A stretch of DNA of 64,000 bases from Macrostomum lignano (lineage: Eukaryota), in NCBI GenBank assembly GCA_002269645.1, contig NIVC01001157.1:186001-250000 (forward strand), given 5' to 3'. Under the pieces are notes generated by a model. It saw only the letters and a program-made list of their open reading frames with translations. It was not told the DNA's origin and did not search any database. The translations under genes and the position numbers were made by a program. How positions within the stretch are numbered: the stretch's first letter is position 1; each line of letters begins with the position of its first letter. Below are positions 1 to 12,479 of this stretch, one piece after another.

Positions 1-52
1 CATTACACCCAACTGACAGGTCTTAATATGGTGTTGTCTTGATTTTTTGTGC

Positions 53-1322
53 GGGGAATTGTTTACTGCTGGATGTGAGGGGGAATTGTTTACTGCTGAG
101 TGTGGGGTGGGGGAATTGTTTACTGCTGAGTGTGGGGTGGGGGAATTGTTTACTGCTGAATGTGAGGGGGAATTGTTTACTGCTGAGTGTGAGGGGGATT
201 GTTTACTGCTGAGTGTGAGGGGGAATTGTTTACTGCTGAATGTGAGGGGGAATTGTTTACTGCTGAGTGTGAGGGGGAATTGTTTACTGCTGAGTGTGGG
301 GTGGGGGAATTGTTTACTGCTGAATGTGAGGGGGAATTGTTTACTGCTGAGAGTGAGGGGGAATTGTTTACTGCTGAGTGTGAGGGGAATTGTTTACTGC
401 TGAGTGTGAGGGGGAATTGTTTACTGCTGAGTGTGAGGGGGATTGTTTACTGCTGAGTGTGAGGGGGAATTGTTTACTGCTGAGAGTGAGGGGGAATTGT
501 TTACTGCTGAGTGTGGGGTGGGGGAATTGTTTACTGCTGAGTGTGGGGTGGGGGAACTGTTTACTGCTGAGTGTGGGGTGGGGGAATTGTTTACTGCTGA
601 GTGTGGGGTGGGGGAATTGTTTACTGCTGAGTGTGGGGTGGGGGAATTGTTTACTGCTGAGTGTGAGTGGGAATTGTTTACTGCTGAGTGTGAGGGGAAT
701 TGTTTACTGCTGAGTGTGAGGGGGATTGTTTACTGCTGAGTGTGAGGGGGATTGTTTACTGCTGAGTGTGAGGGGGATTGTTTACTGCTGAATGTGAGGG
801 GGAATTGTTTACTGCTGAGTGTGGGGTGGGGGAATTGTTTACTGCTGAGTGTGGGGTGGGGGAATTGTTTACTGCTGAGTGTGAGTGGGAATTGTTTACT
901 GCTGAGTGTGAGGGGAATTGTTTACTGCTGAGTGTGAGGGGGATTGTTTACTGCTGAGTGTGGGGGGAATTGTTTACTGCTGAGAGTGAGGGGGAACTGT
1001 TTACTGCTGAGTGTGAGGGGGAATTGTTTACTGCTGAGAGTGAGGGGGAATTGTTTACTGCTGAGAGTGAGGGGGAACTGTTTACTGCTGAGAGTGAGGG
1101 GGAACTGTTTACTGCTGAGTGTGGGGGGAATTGTTTACTGCTGAGAGTGAGGGGGAACTGTTTACTGCTGAGAGTGAGGGGGAACTGTTTACTGCTGAGT
1201 GTGGGGGGAATTGTTTACTGCTGAGAGTGAGGGGGAACTGTTTACTGCTGAGTGTGGGGGGGGGAATTGTTTACTGCTGAGTGTGAGGGGGAACTGTTTA
1301 CTGCTGAGTGTGAGGGGAATTT
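53..1322 (+). repeat. Minisatellite, 26-30 bp unit (GGGGGAATTGTTTACTGCTGAGTGTGA and variants)
   Basis: Directly visible tandem array; explains ORFs 47..403 to 958..1224. Confidence 0.97.
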
Positions 1323-1394
1323 TTTAATGCTTAATTATTCTGGCAGATGCTGGAGATGACGAAGCTCTGGATTCAGCAATCTGATTGGACCCGT

Positions 1395-1471
1395 GCTTGG
1401 CGATGGTTCCCAACCTTCCAGATCGGTGCCAAGCGGGCAGACTGGCGTGCCAGTCTGGCAAAAAAGGAACC
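1395..1471 (+). ncRNA. Candidate HDV-like self-cleaving ribozyme at the retroposon 5' end
   Basis: Manual fold: P1 1395-1401/1428-1434, P2 1405-1410/1466-1471, P3 1413-1415/1425-1427, P1.1 CC1418-19/GG1435-36, P4 1438-1445/1450-1457, G1437.G1458, catalytic-position C1459 followed by A-rich J4/2. Confidence 0.75.
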
Positions 1472-1842
1472 GGGGGGGGGGCGGTGAGGCCCGCGGCCGT
1501 GATTTGAAAACCACGTCCCGCGGGCAAAACCGCACCCGGCAGAGTGCCCACGGCATAACGAACCGTAGGACCTCTTTAAACAAAACGACCGTGACTCACC
1601 GGAGAGAACAGGAGAAGAGAGAGACGATCGGAACGCGAAGGCGTGCCACGACACCCAGCCGGAACCGGCGTCGGTGGCGCGTGTGTACAAAGGCATCCGA
1701 AAGGCCTGCCCATCGTGCGGGCGCCTCCTGGCAGCCACCAACATGGCACGCCACCTACGCAGCTGCGAAGCGAAGTAAGGGTCTCCCGGTGAGCTACGCC
1801 GAAAGGCGATAAAAAGCTAGAAGAAGAAGAAGAAGAAGAAGA
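1395..1842 (+). mobile_element. Short non-autonomous non-LTR retroposon (internally deleted LINE-like) with 13-bp TSD and (AAG)n tail
   Basis: Identical TGATTGGACCCGT at 1382-1394 and 1843-1855; 3' (AGA/AAG)n tail at about 1819-1842; remnant C-X2-C-X11-H-X3-C zinc finger CPSCGRLLAATNMARHLRSC-EAK* at 1707-1778, like a LINE ORF C-terminus. Confidence 0.85.
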
Positions 1843-1995
1843 TGATTGGACCCGTCAGTCTCAGCCAATGGCTAGCCTACAAACGCATTTTACCGTATAA
1901 GAACTGTACCTTCATACCTCGGGAACTTCCTAAACTTGCTGTATGTGTCAGACGAATGCAAAATCTTTTCTTAAATTTCTTTTGAGTTCCTGGAA

Positions 1996-3216
1996 ATGCT
2001 TGCTCACCTGGCTACGCCGGGCGAGTGTCTGAGTCGCGAACTTCAGGCGTGGAATTTGAGCAACGGCGCCTCAACCGGCAATGTCGGCGGGTCTCCAAGC
2101 GAAGGTCAAGAGATAACAATCTACCTGTGGATCACCTGCATTCTAGCCACTCTCAACGCTGTCACAAACGGATTCTCATTAATTGTATTCGTTCTCGATC
2201 GAAAAAATGTCAGCATGCGTCGGTTGCTGCTTCTGCTATCGCTGTCTGAGACTGTGCTCAACATCTGCATGTCGGTGAATCTTGGCGTCATGCTCAGCGT
2301 GGGAAAGGAGCGCGAATTTTCGAGTTTTCCCAACGCCATCACTGGATTGTTCTTCCTGTCCTTCATGCTGTTCAACGGGTACATCATGATCAGGAACTGG
2401 TGCCTCGTCATGATCGCTGGCACCCGTTGCGAGGCGGTGCGCAACCCACTGAGCACGAGAAGCGGTCAGACGTTTAGTCCGAGTCGAACCCTGCTAGGCT
2501 ACATCGTGTTGAGCATAGTGAGTCTGGGGGTTTACACCCCGCGTCTGTTCGAGTTCACCTGGATAGTCTACCGGCTGCCGTGCAACTCTACCGCTGGGCT
2601 GAACGACTCTACTGCGGTTGAGTACCTGCTGACTACCAATTCGCACTACATCCTGGATGCGATCCCAGCCTACGGTTACTACAAGACCATGCTGCTGTTC
2701 CCGCTGCAGACCATCCTGCCCATACTGCTCATCGCCGGCTTGAGCTTCCTCATCGTTGTCACTCTTCGGCGCCGTCGGGAGTTTCAACAGCCGCAGCCGC
2801 AGAGCAGCCAGGCAGCGGCCCGAGTGAGTCAGGACGCCGCCACAAAGACCGTCATGGTGCTGATGCTGGCCTTCATCGTCTGCGAGCTGCCCACATTCGT
2901 GTTTTTCGTCCTGAATCGGACGGTGTTCCGAACTCTGTCTAATTATGCCGAAGTTCGAACGCACACCACTTTTATTGGCAACATCCTGGTGTGCTTGGAC
3001 AGCTTCAGCAACTTCATCATCTACAGCAGCACCAGCAACAGTTTCCGGGAAACCGTGCGAGTCATCTTCCGCTTGTCGGACGCTAAGAGGTCGAGGCGAC
3101 AGCAAGATGGCATGCGGAACTACATCGCTTTGAGGGCGTGTAGGGGCTCGGCGGTCAATACGGCGGCTGCTGAGGGTGCGGGACCGGCAAAACCTGCAGA
3201 GGAAAACGCGCTCTGA
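1996..3216 (+). CDS. Intronless rhodopsin-family (class A) peptide GPCR, FMRFamide/srw-like, 406 aa
   Basis: Seven hydrophobic segments; TM3 RNWCLVMIAGTRCEAVRNP (DRY position = TRC), TM4 YTPRLFE, TM6 AFIVCELP, TM7 DSFSNFIIY. Confidence 0.92.
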   Translation: MLAHLATPGECLSRELQAWNLSNGASTGNVGGSPSEGQEITIYLWITCILATLNAVTNGFSLIVFVLDRKNVSMRRLLLLLSLSETVLNICMSVNLGVMLSVGKEREFSSFPNAITGLFFLSFMLFNGYIMIRNWCLVMIAGTRCEAVRNPLSTRSGQTFSPSRTLLGYIVLSIVSLGVYTPRLFEFTWIVYRLPCNSTAGLNDSTAVEYLLTTNSHYILDAIPAYGYYKTMLLFPLQTILPILLIAGLSFLIVVTLRRRREFQQPQPQSSQAAARVSQDAATKTVMVLMLAFIVCELPTFVFFVLNRTVFRTLSNYAEVRTHTTFIGNILVCLDSFSNFIIYSSTSNSFRETVRVIFRLSDAKRSRRQQDGMRNYIALRACRGSAVNTAAAEGAGPAKPAEENAL

Positions 3217-3277
3217 GATCCACTGCCTGAAGTTGCAGTTTGAGCGTGTGGCTCCGGTTTGTTTGGTGACCTGAAAA

Positions 3278-3681
3278 GGGAGGGGCAGCAGGCACTGAGG
3301 GATCTGAGGGGAGGGGCAGCAGGCACTGAGGGATCTGAGGGGAGGGGCAGCAGGCACTGAAGGATCTGAGGGGAGGGGCAGCAGGCACTGAAGGATCTGA
3401 GGGGAGGGGCAGCAGGCACTGAAGGATCTGAGGGGAGGGGCAGCAGGCACTGAAGGATCTGAGTGGATTGGCAGCAGGCACTGAAGGATCTGAGGGGAGG
3501 GGCAGCAGGCACTGAAGGATCTGAGGGGAGGGGCAGCAGGCACTGAAGGATCTGAGGGGAGGGGCAGCAGGCACTGAAGGATCTGAGGGGATTGGCAGCA
3601 GGCACTGAAGGATCTGAGGGGAGGGGAAGCAGGCACTGAAGGATCTGAGGGGAGGGGCAGCAGGCACTGAAGGATCTGAGG
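3278..3681 (+). repeat. 31-bp minisatellite (GGATCTGAGGGGAGGGGCAGCAGGCACTGAA) just 3' of the GPCR stop
   Basis: Visible tandem array; source of the minus-strand LPLPSDPSVPAAPP ORFs. Confidence 0.96.
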
Positions 3682-4093
3682 CATGAAGCTGCATAAAAAC
3701 ATGATTTCACAGTCCTGTAAATAATGGCTACGTTCAGCACTTCTCGTATAAAAAGAAGAAGTCATTAACTACATCATTTTGTTTAAAAATGTCACTTGAA
3801 GCTGCGCCCTTGCGTTCATTTCAATTTTTAAGTTTTTGGAATCAATAGATAGGACTTTGAATAATTACTCATGAATCTCAACCTAGTTCTCAACGATTTA
3901 CCTTATTTGTAAAAAATTATTTTAGAAATTCAGTCAATGCGAGTTTTAATTTTTACTGCGTCTTCTACGTCGTTTTCATCTAAAAATATCTTGAGTGCAG
4001 AAGCACTGAATCAAAAGTTTTAAAACCAATTTTTCTCAGCTCTCAAAAGAATATAAAGTTTCTCATGGAGACAAATTTGTGCTTGTTAAAAAC

Positions 4094-4236
<143 letters not shown>

Positions 4237-4608
4237 CGAGAAAAAGCGAGCGAAGCGAGCTCTTTCGAGCTTGGTTGCCGCAGCCAATCAAGCTGAAAGC
4301 ACGCACACAAGATCACCGGAAACGATTAAGGCAGCTGGAAAGCCAATGGGCGCGGTAAGCGCTTTTATCCAGAGGAACTACCTGCTGGAACCAGCCATGC
4401 CGATCGAAAATCAGACTACTCAAGTAGTGCAAAAGAGTACGTGCAACTACCGAGAAATCTAATTTTCGTAACCGCTCCGGTGCAGGTCCTGGCTATAGAT
4501 AGTAGATATATAGCTTGCCGCAGCCAATCAAGCTGAAAGCACGCACACAAGATCACCGGAAACGATTAATGCAGCTGGAAAGCCAATGGGCGGAAAGCCA
4601 AAGCCAAT
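4237..4608. mobile_element. Possible Helitron/Helentron-type non-autonomous element embedded between GATA arrays, with an internal ~80-bp direct duplication
   Basis: GCGAGCGAAGCGAGC motif at about 4247-4261; segment TTGCCGCAGCCAATCAAGCTG...GCCAATGGGCG at about 4276-4352 and 4515-4591; GATA arrays on both sides. Family assignment is by resemblance only. Confidence 0.35.
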
Positions 4609-5469
<861 letters not shown>

Positions 5470-5834
5470 AATCCTTGAGATTAGGGACGTATTCGCCCAG
5501 CTAATTTGCATGCGCAGGGAGATGAAGTGGGGGATCAGGCAAGTTTATCAATGCACTCCGTCACTCGCGTGCTCAAACATTGCTGGGCCTCACTTTTCCC
5601 CATTACTCGAGTCGAAGGCCGCATTATCAGCGACATCAATGAATCTGAGGACGCGAGCCTGCCGCGGCAACTGTCTGCTGTAACGGATTTTGTAATTTGA
5701 TTCTGTTGCGAAGCGCGAATATCGACACAGAAAGAGGAAATTGGAGGAAAACGGAGGAGTTTCAAGATTTTGATGGGGCATCGACGTGGCGTGAAGTCTT
5801 CGACACCGCAGAGAGTAAGAAAAGGATAGAGGCA

Positions 5835-6421
5835 GAGAAGAGGGAGGCAGTGAGAGGGAGGCAGTGAGAGGGAGGCAGTGAGAGGGAGGCAGTGAGAGGG
5901 AGGCAGTGAGAGGGAGACAGTGAGAGCGAGGCAGTGAGAGGGAGGCAGTGAGAGGGAGGCAGAGAAGAGGGAGGCAGTGAGAGGGAGGCAGTGAGAGGGA
6001 GACAGTGAGAGGGAGACAGTGAGAGGGAGACAGTGAGAGCGAGGCAGTGAGAGGGAGGCAGTGAGAGGGAGGCAGTGAGAGGGAGGCAGTGAGAGGGAGG
6101 CAGTGAGAGGGAGGCAGTGAGAGGGAGACAGTGAGAGCGAGGCAGTGAGAGGGAGGCAGTGAGAGGGAGGCAGTGAGAGGGAGACAGTGAGAGGGAGGCA
6201 GTGAGAGGGAGGCAGTGAGAGGGAGGCAGTGAGAGGGAGACAGTGAGAGCGAGGCAGTGAGAGGGAGGCAGTGAGAGGGAGGCAGTGAGAGGGAGACAGT
6301 GAGAGGGAGGCAGTGAGAGGGAGGCAGTGAGAGGGAGGCAGTGAGAGGGAGGCAGTGAGAGGGAGGCAGTGAGAGGGAGACAGTGAGAGGGAGGCAGTGA
6401 GAGGGAGACAGTGAGAGGGAT
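5835..6421 (+). repeat. 14-bp minisatellite (AGAGGGAGGCAGTG)
   Basis: Visible tandem array. Confidence 0.96.
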
Positions 6422-6796
6422 AAAAATTAAGGAAAAACGAAATTTCACGGAGACTGTCACAAATATCATTGGAGCTGGTTACACATTAAAAAATATATGT
6501 TGTAAAGCTGGGAGAATGTTTTGTGAACTCCAGTTCCGGGACAACCGCAGCAGATCACTCCCGAATTCACGACCATCAGGCTAGTCGCGCTAATACAAAT
6601 TTTTCCTGTTCGTTTTCTCGGCCTGGTTCTCGGAGAGCCGATGCAAGCGGATCATGAAGGCACAGCTAGGATTTTTATTGCCGTAACTCGATTTCGACGG
6701 ATTAGGGATAGACAGTGTCAAATTATATTCTGGCAGATCGTAAAAAATTATTAATCCTCGAATTTCATGCCAATAAGTGCAGCTGAACAAGTAATT

Positions 6797-8230
6797 CCGC
6801 CTCTCTATCCCGCCTCTCTATCTCGCCTCTCTATCCCGCCTCTCTATCCCGCCTCTCTATCTCGCCTCTCCATCCCGCCTCTCTATCCCGCCTCTCTATC
6901 TCGCCTCTCCATCCCGCCTCTCTATCCCGCCTCTCTATCCCGCCTCTCCATCCCGCCTCTCTATCCCGCCTCTCTATCTCGCCTCTCCATCCCGCCTCTC
7001 TATCCCGCCTCTCTATCCCGCCTCTCCATCCCGCCTCTCTATCCCGCCTCTCTATCTCGCCTCTCCATCTCGCCTCTCTATCTCGCCTCTCTATCTCGCC
7101 TCTCTATCCCGCCTCTCTATCCCGCCTCTCTATCCCGCCTCTCTATCTCGCCTCTCTATCCCGCCTCTCTATCCCGCCTCTCTATCCCGCCTCTCTATCT
7201 CGCCTCTCTATCTCGCCTCTCTATCCCGCCTCTCTATCTCGCCTCTCCATCTCGCCTCTCTATCTCGCCTCTCTATCTCGCCTCTCTATCTCGCCTCTCT
7301 ATCCCGCCTCTCTATCCCGCCTCTCTATTTCGCCTCTCTATCCCGCCTCTCTATCTCGCCTCTCTATCCCGCCTCTCTATCTCGCCTCTCTATCCGCCTC
7401 TCTATCTCGCCTCTCTATCCCGCCTCTCTATCCCGCCTCTCTATCCCGCCTCTCTATCTCGCCTCTCTATCTCGCCTCTCTATCCCGCCTCTCTATCTCG
7501 CCTCTCCATCTCGCCTCTCTATCTCGCCTCTCTATCTCGCCTCTCTATCTCGCCTCTCTATCCCGCCTCTCTATCCCGCCTCTCTATCCCGCCTCTCTAT
7601 CCCGCCTCTCTATCCCGCCTCTCCATCTCGCTTCTCTATCCCGCCTCTCCATCTCGCTTCTCTATCCCGCCTCTCTATCTCGCCTCTCTATCTCGCTTCT
7701 CTATCTCGCCTCTCTATCCCGCCTCTCTATCTCGCCTCTCTATCCCGCCTCTCTATCTCGCCTCTCTATCCCGCCTCTCTATCCCGCCTGTCTATCCCGC
7801 CTCTCTATCTCGCCTCTCTATCCCGCCTCTCCATCTCGCCTCTCTATCCCGCCTCTCTATCCCGCCTCTCTATCCCGCCTCTCTATCCCGCCTCTCTATC
7901 TCGCCTCTCTATCCCGCCTCTCTATCTCGCCTCTCTATCCCGCCTCTCCATCTCGCCTCTCTATCCCGCCTCTCCATCTCGCCTCTCTATCCCGCCTCTC
8001 TATCCCGCCTCTCTATCTCGCCCTCTAACTCTCCTCTCTTCTCCCTATATATCCCACCCCTTATCTCCCCCTCTATCTCCCTCTCCAACCCTCTCTCTAT
8101 CCCCTCTCTCTTCTCCCCTTTCTTCTCACCTCTCTATCTCCCTCTCTAACTCCCCTCTTCTCACCTTTCTTCTCCTCTCTCTATTTCCCCTTTGTATCTC
8201 CCCTCTCCATTCCACTCTCTGTCTCCCCTT
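6797..8230 (+). repeat. 13-bp CT-rich minisatellite (CCGCCTCTCTATC / TCGCCTCTCTATC) decaying into CT-rich sequence
   Basis: Visible; explains the 460-aa IPPLYPASLSRLS ORF. Confidence 0.96.
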
Positions 8231-8796
8231 TATAGTGTGTTGTTTTATAAAAGAGTGTCAAAAAGACGCACTACCGTTAGGAAACTAATTATATCAATAT
8301 TCGAGAATGACAGTGCATCGATTATGCCAACGCAGCAAAGTTATGTTTCCTTCAAGGCTGAGTTTTAATCGATCCATAATCTGTAATGAGCCACTGCCTT
8401 AATCCCGCGTCAATTTCAAAGTCATCAAAGAAAACGAGCAGGGCCTCTCAGACAGGTTTAGAGGCTCACGAGAAGGAAGTGGTTGGCTGCAGTTTTAATT
8501 GCATGCACTGCTATACCGCCTGAGGTAGGCCCACCCTGATGAAGGCGAGACGGCGACGCTGAGACGCTCGGCTAACTTGCAATCGAGAAGTTGTTTAGCG
8601 GTTATATGATTGACGACTGCCTTCTGGCTGGGGACTCTGTGCTGGGGAAATAGTGCACTGGAGTAGAGAGTCTGCTGACTCATTCTGTAAGAAAGGAGCT
8701 CCGCATATATTACCTTTGCAAGGTGAAATACTGTATATGGGAGGGAGACTTCCGATATAAGTTCATTTGATTACCTGTGCGGAGATACTAGAGAGA

Positions 8797-11700
8797 GACA
8801 CTTGTGATTCTTGTTACACACTTGTGATTCACTTGTGATTCCTGTTAGACACTTGTGATTTCTGTTACACACTTGCGATTCCTGTTAGACACTTGTGATT
8901 CTTTTTAGACACTTGCGATTCCTGATAGACACTTGTGATTCCTGTTAGACACTTTTGATTCCGGTTAGAAACTTGTGATTGCGGTTAGACACCTGTGATT
9001 CCTGTTAGACACTTGTGATTCTTGTTAGACACTTGTGATTCTTGTTAGACACTTGTGATTCTTGTTAGACACTTGTAATTCCTGTTAGACACTTGTGATT
9101 CCTGATAGACACTTGTGATTCACTTGTGATTCCTGTTAGACACTTGTGATTTCTGTTAGACACTTGTGATTATTGTTAGACACTTGTGATTCTTGTTAGA
9201 CACTTGAGATTCCTGTTAGACACTTGTGATTCTTGTTAGACACTTGTGATTCTTGTTAGACACTTGTGATTCTTGTTAGACACTTGTGATTATTGTTAGA
9301 CACTTGTGATTCTTGTTAGACACCTGTGATTCTTGTTAGACACTTGTGATTCTTGTTAGACACTTGTGATTATTGTTAGACACTTGTGATTCTTGTTAGA
9401 CACTTGAGATTCCTGTTAGACACTTGTGATTCTTGTTAGACACTTGTGATTCTTGTTAGACACTTGAGATTCCTGTTAGACACTTGTGATTCTTGTTAGA
9501 CACTTGTGATTCTTGTTAGACACTTGTGATTATTGTTAGACACTTGTGATTCCTGTTAGACACTTGTGATTCTTGTTAGACACTTGTGATTTCGGTTAGA
9601 CACCTGTGATTCTTGTTAGACACTTGTGATTCTTGTTAGACACTTGTGATTCTTGTTAGACACTTGTGATTCTTGTTGGACACTTGTGATTCCGGTTAGA
9701 CACTTGTGATTCCGGTTAGACACTTGTGATTCACTTGTGATTCCTGTTAGACACTTGTGATTTCTGTTAGACACTTGTGATTATTGTTAGACACTTGTGA
9801 TTCCTGTTAGACACTTGTGATTCTTGTTAGACACTTGTGATTTCGGTTAGACACCTGTGATTCTTGTTAGACACTTGTGATTCTTGTTAGACACTTGTGA
9901 TTCTTGTTAGACACTTGTGATTCTTGTTGGACACTTGTGATTCCGGTTAGACACTTGTGATTCCGGTTAGACACTTGTGATTCACTTGTGATTCCTGTTA
10001 GACACTTGTGATTCCTGTTAGACACTTGTGATTCTTGTTAGACACTTGTGATTCCGGTTAGGCACTTCTGATTCCGGTTAGACACTTGTGATTCCGGTTA
10101 GACACTTGTGATTCCTGTTTGACAAATTTGATTTCTGTTAGACACGTGATTCCTGTTAGACACTTGTGATTCCGGTTAGACACTTGTGATTTCGGTTAGA
10201 CACCTGTAATTCTTGTTAGACACTTGTGATTCTTGTTGGACACTTGTGATTCCGGTTAGACACCTGTGATTCTTATTATACACTTGTGATTCCTGTTAGA
10301 CACTTGTGATTCCGGTTAGACACTTGTGATTGCGGTTAGACACCTGTGATTCCTGTTTGACAAATTTGATTTCTGTTAGACACGTGATTCCTGTTAGACA
10401 CTTGTGATTTCTGTTAGACACTTGTGATTCCTGTTAGACACTTTTGATTCCGGTTAGACACTTGTGATTCTTGTTAGACACTTGTGATTCTTGTTAGACA
10501 CTTGTGATTCTTGTTAGACACTTGTGATTCTTGTTAGACACTTGTGATTCCGGTTAGACACTTGTGATTATTGTTAGACACTTGTGATTCTTGTTAGGCA
10601 CTTGTGATTCCGGTTAGACACTTGTGATTCCTGTTTGACAAATTTGATTTCTGTTAGACACGTGATTCCTGTTAGACACTTGTGATTCCGGTTAGACACT
10701 TGTGATTTCGGTTAGACACCTGTAATTCTTGTTAGACACTTGTGATTCTTGTTGGACACTTGTGATTCCGGTTAGACACCTGTGATTCTTATTATACACT
10801 TGTGATTCCTGTTAGACACTTGTGATTCCGGTTAGACACTTGTGATTGCGGTTAGACACCTGTGATTCCTGTTTGACAAATTTGATTTCTGTTAGACACT
10901 TGTGATTCCTGTTAGACACTTTTGATTCCGGTTAGACACTTGTGATTCTTGTTAGACACTTGTGATTCTTGTTAGACACTTGTGATTCTTGTTAGACACT
11001 TGTGATTCTTGTTAGACACTTGTGATTCTTGTTAGACACTTGTGATTCCGGTTAGACACTTGTGATTATTGTTAGACACTTGTGATTCTTGTTAGGCACT
11101 TGTGATTCCGGTTAGACACTTGTGATTCCGGTTAGACACCTGTGATTCTTGTTGGACACTTGTGATTCCGGTTAAACACTTGTGATTCCCGTTAGACACC
11201 TGTGATTCTTGTTGGACACTTGTGATTCCGGTTAGACACTTGTGATTCCCGTTAGACACCTGTGATTCTTGTTAGACACTTGTGATTCCGGTTAGACACT
11301 TGTGATTCCCGTTAGACACCTGTGATTCCGGTTAGACACTTGTGATTCCGGTTAGACACATGTGATTTCCGTTAGACACTTGTGATTCTTGTTGGACACT
11401 TGTGATTCCGGTTAGACACTTGTGATTCCGGTTAGACACCTGTGATTCTTGTTAGACACTTGTGATTCTTGGTTAGAAACTTGCAATTCCCGTTAGACAC
11501 TTGTGATTCCTGTTAGACACTTGTGATTCCGGTTAGACACTTGTGATTCCGGTTAGACACTTGTGATTCCCGTTAGACACCTGTGATTCCGGTTAGACAC
11601 TTGTGATTCCGGTTAGACACTTGTGATTCCCGTTAGACACCTGTGATTCCGGTTAGACACTTGTGATTCCCGTTAGACACTTGTGATTCCGGTTAGACAC

Positions 11701-11850
11701 ATGTGATTTCCGTTAGACACTTGTGATTATTGTTAGACACGTGTGATTATTGTTAGACACTTGTGATTCTTGTTGGACACTTGTGATTCTTGTTAGACAA
11801 TTGCGATTCTTGGTTAGAAACTTGCAATTCCCGTTAGACACTTGTGATTC
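8797..11850 (+). repeat. 20-bp satellite (GTTAGACACTTGTGATTC[CT/TT/CG]) with higher-order structure
   Basis: About 3-kb visible array; variant monomers recur at 516-bp spacing. Confidence 0.97.
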
Positions 11851-12479
11851 CATTTAAAAACATCAGTGATAAAAGGAAAGCATGTACTTTAGTAAGAAGA
11901 CTTCCAGCCGAAGACAAGTGTCCTGTCTCGACACCATCAGAGTGCGCCTTGTCATCACAAGAAGCTGAAAAAGTAACGAAAACGAAGAGACCCAATCACG
12001 AAAATAGACGGCCACTCAGAAAGTGTGGTGCATGGCCTGCGGGGGATGAGGTCTGGGATTTTACTTTCAGCTCAGTCCAAGTCCGCAACCGACACTCTTG
12101 AACCAAATTGTCTCCGGACCACTTCGGAAATCTCAACTCTCCCGATCCTTAATATAACTGCTGTCTATTTCTACTCGTATCTATCGTCTGGTCTTGATAA
12201 GGAAAACACGCAGAGAAAGTGACAGAGTATTGCTGTGATAAACTGCTATTCCCTGACACAGTCTTTTATCTTTAGTGGTCCCGAATAGCCCACCAAACTG
12301 AAGGAAGAACACAAGAAATTGAAACTATACGAAACGTAAATACAAGCCTGCATTACCGAAACTAGGGAAAATGTCTCACATTCTCTTTGTACAGTAGCTT
12401 TTAGAGTGTTGGGCGTAGGATTAAGAAAGGGATAAAAAGGCCGGGGAGACGGAGTGTGAAGACAGAGGGAAGTCAGAGA

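Noticed and set aside
2494-3765. 423-aa antisense ORF over the GPCR
   Set aside because: Shadow of the GC-rich GPCR CDS plus the 31-bp minisatellite.
8534-8575. CTGATGA suggesting a hammerhead ribozyme core
   Set aside because: No stem II followed by GAAA and no cleavage triplet arrangement.
8797-11850. CRISPR-like appearance of 20-31-bp repeat arrays
   Set aside because: Units are contiguous with no unique spacers, there are no cas genes, and the context is eukaryotic with spliced genes.
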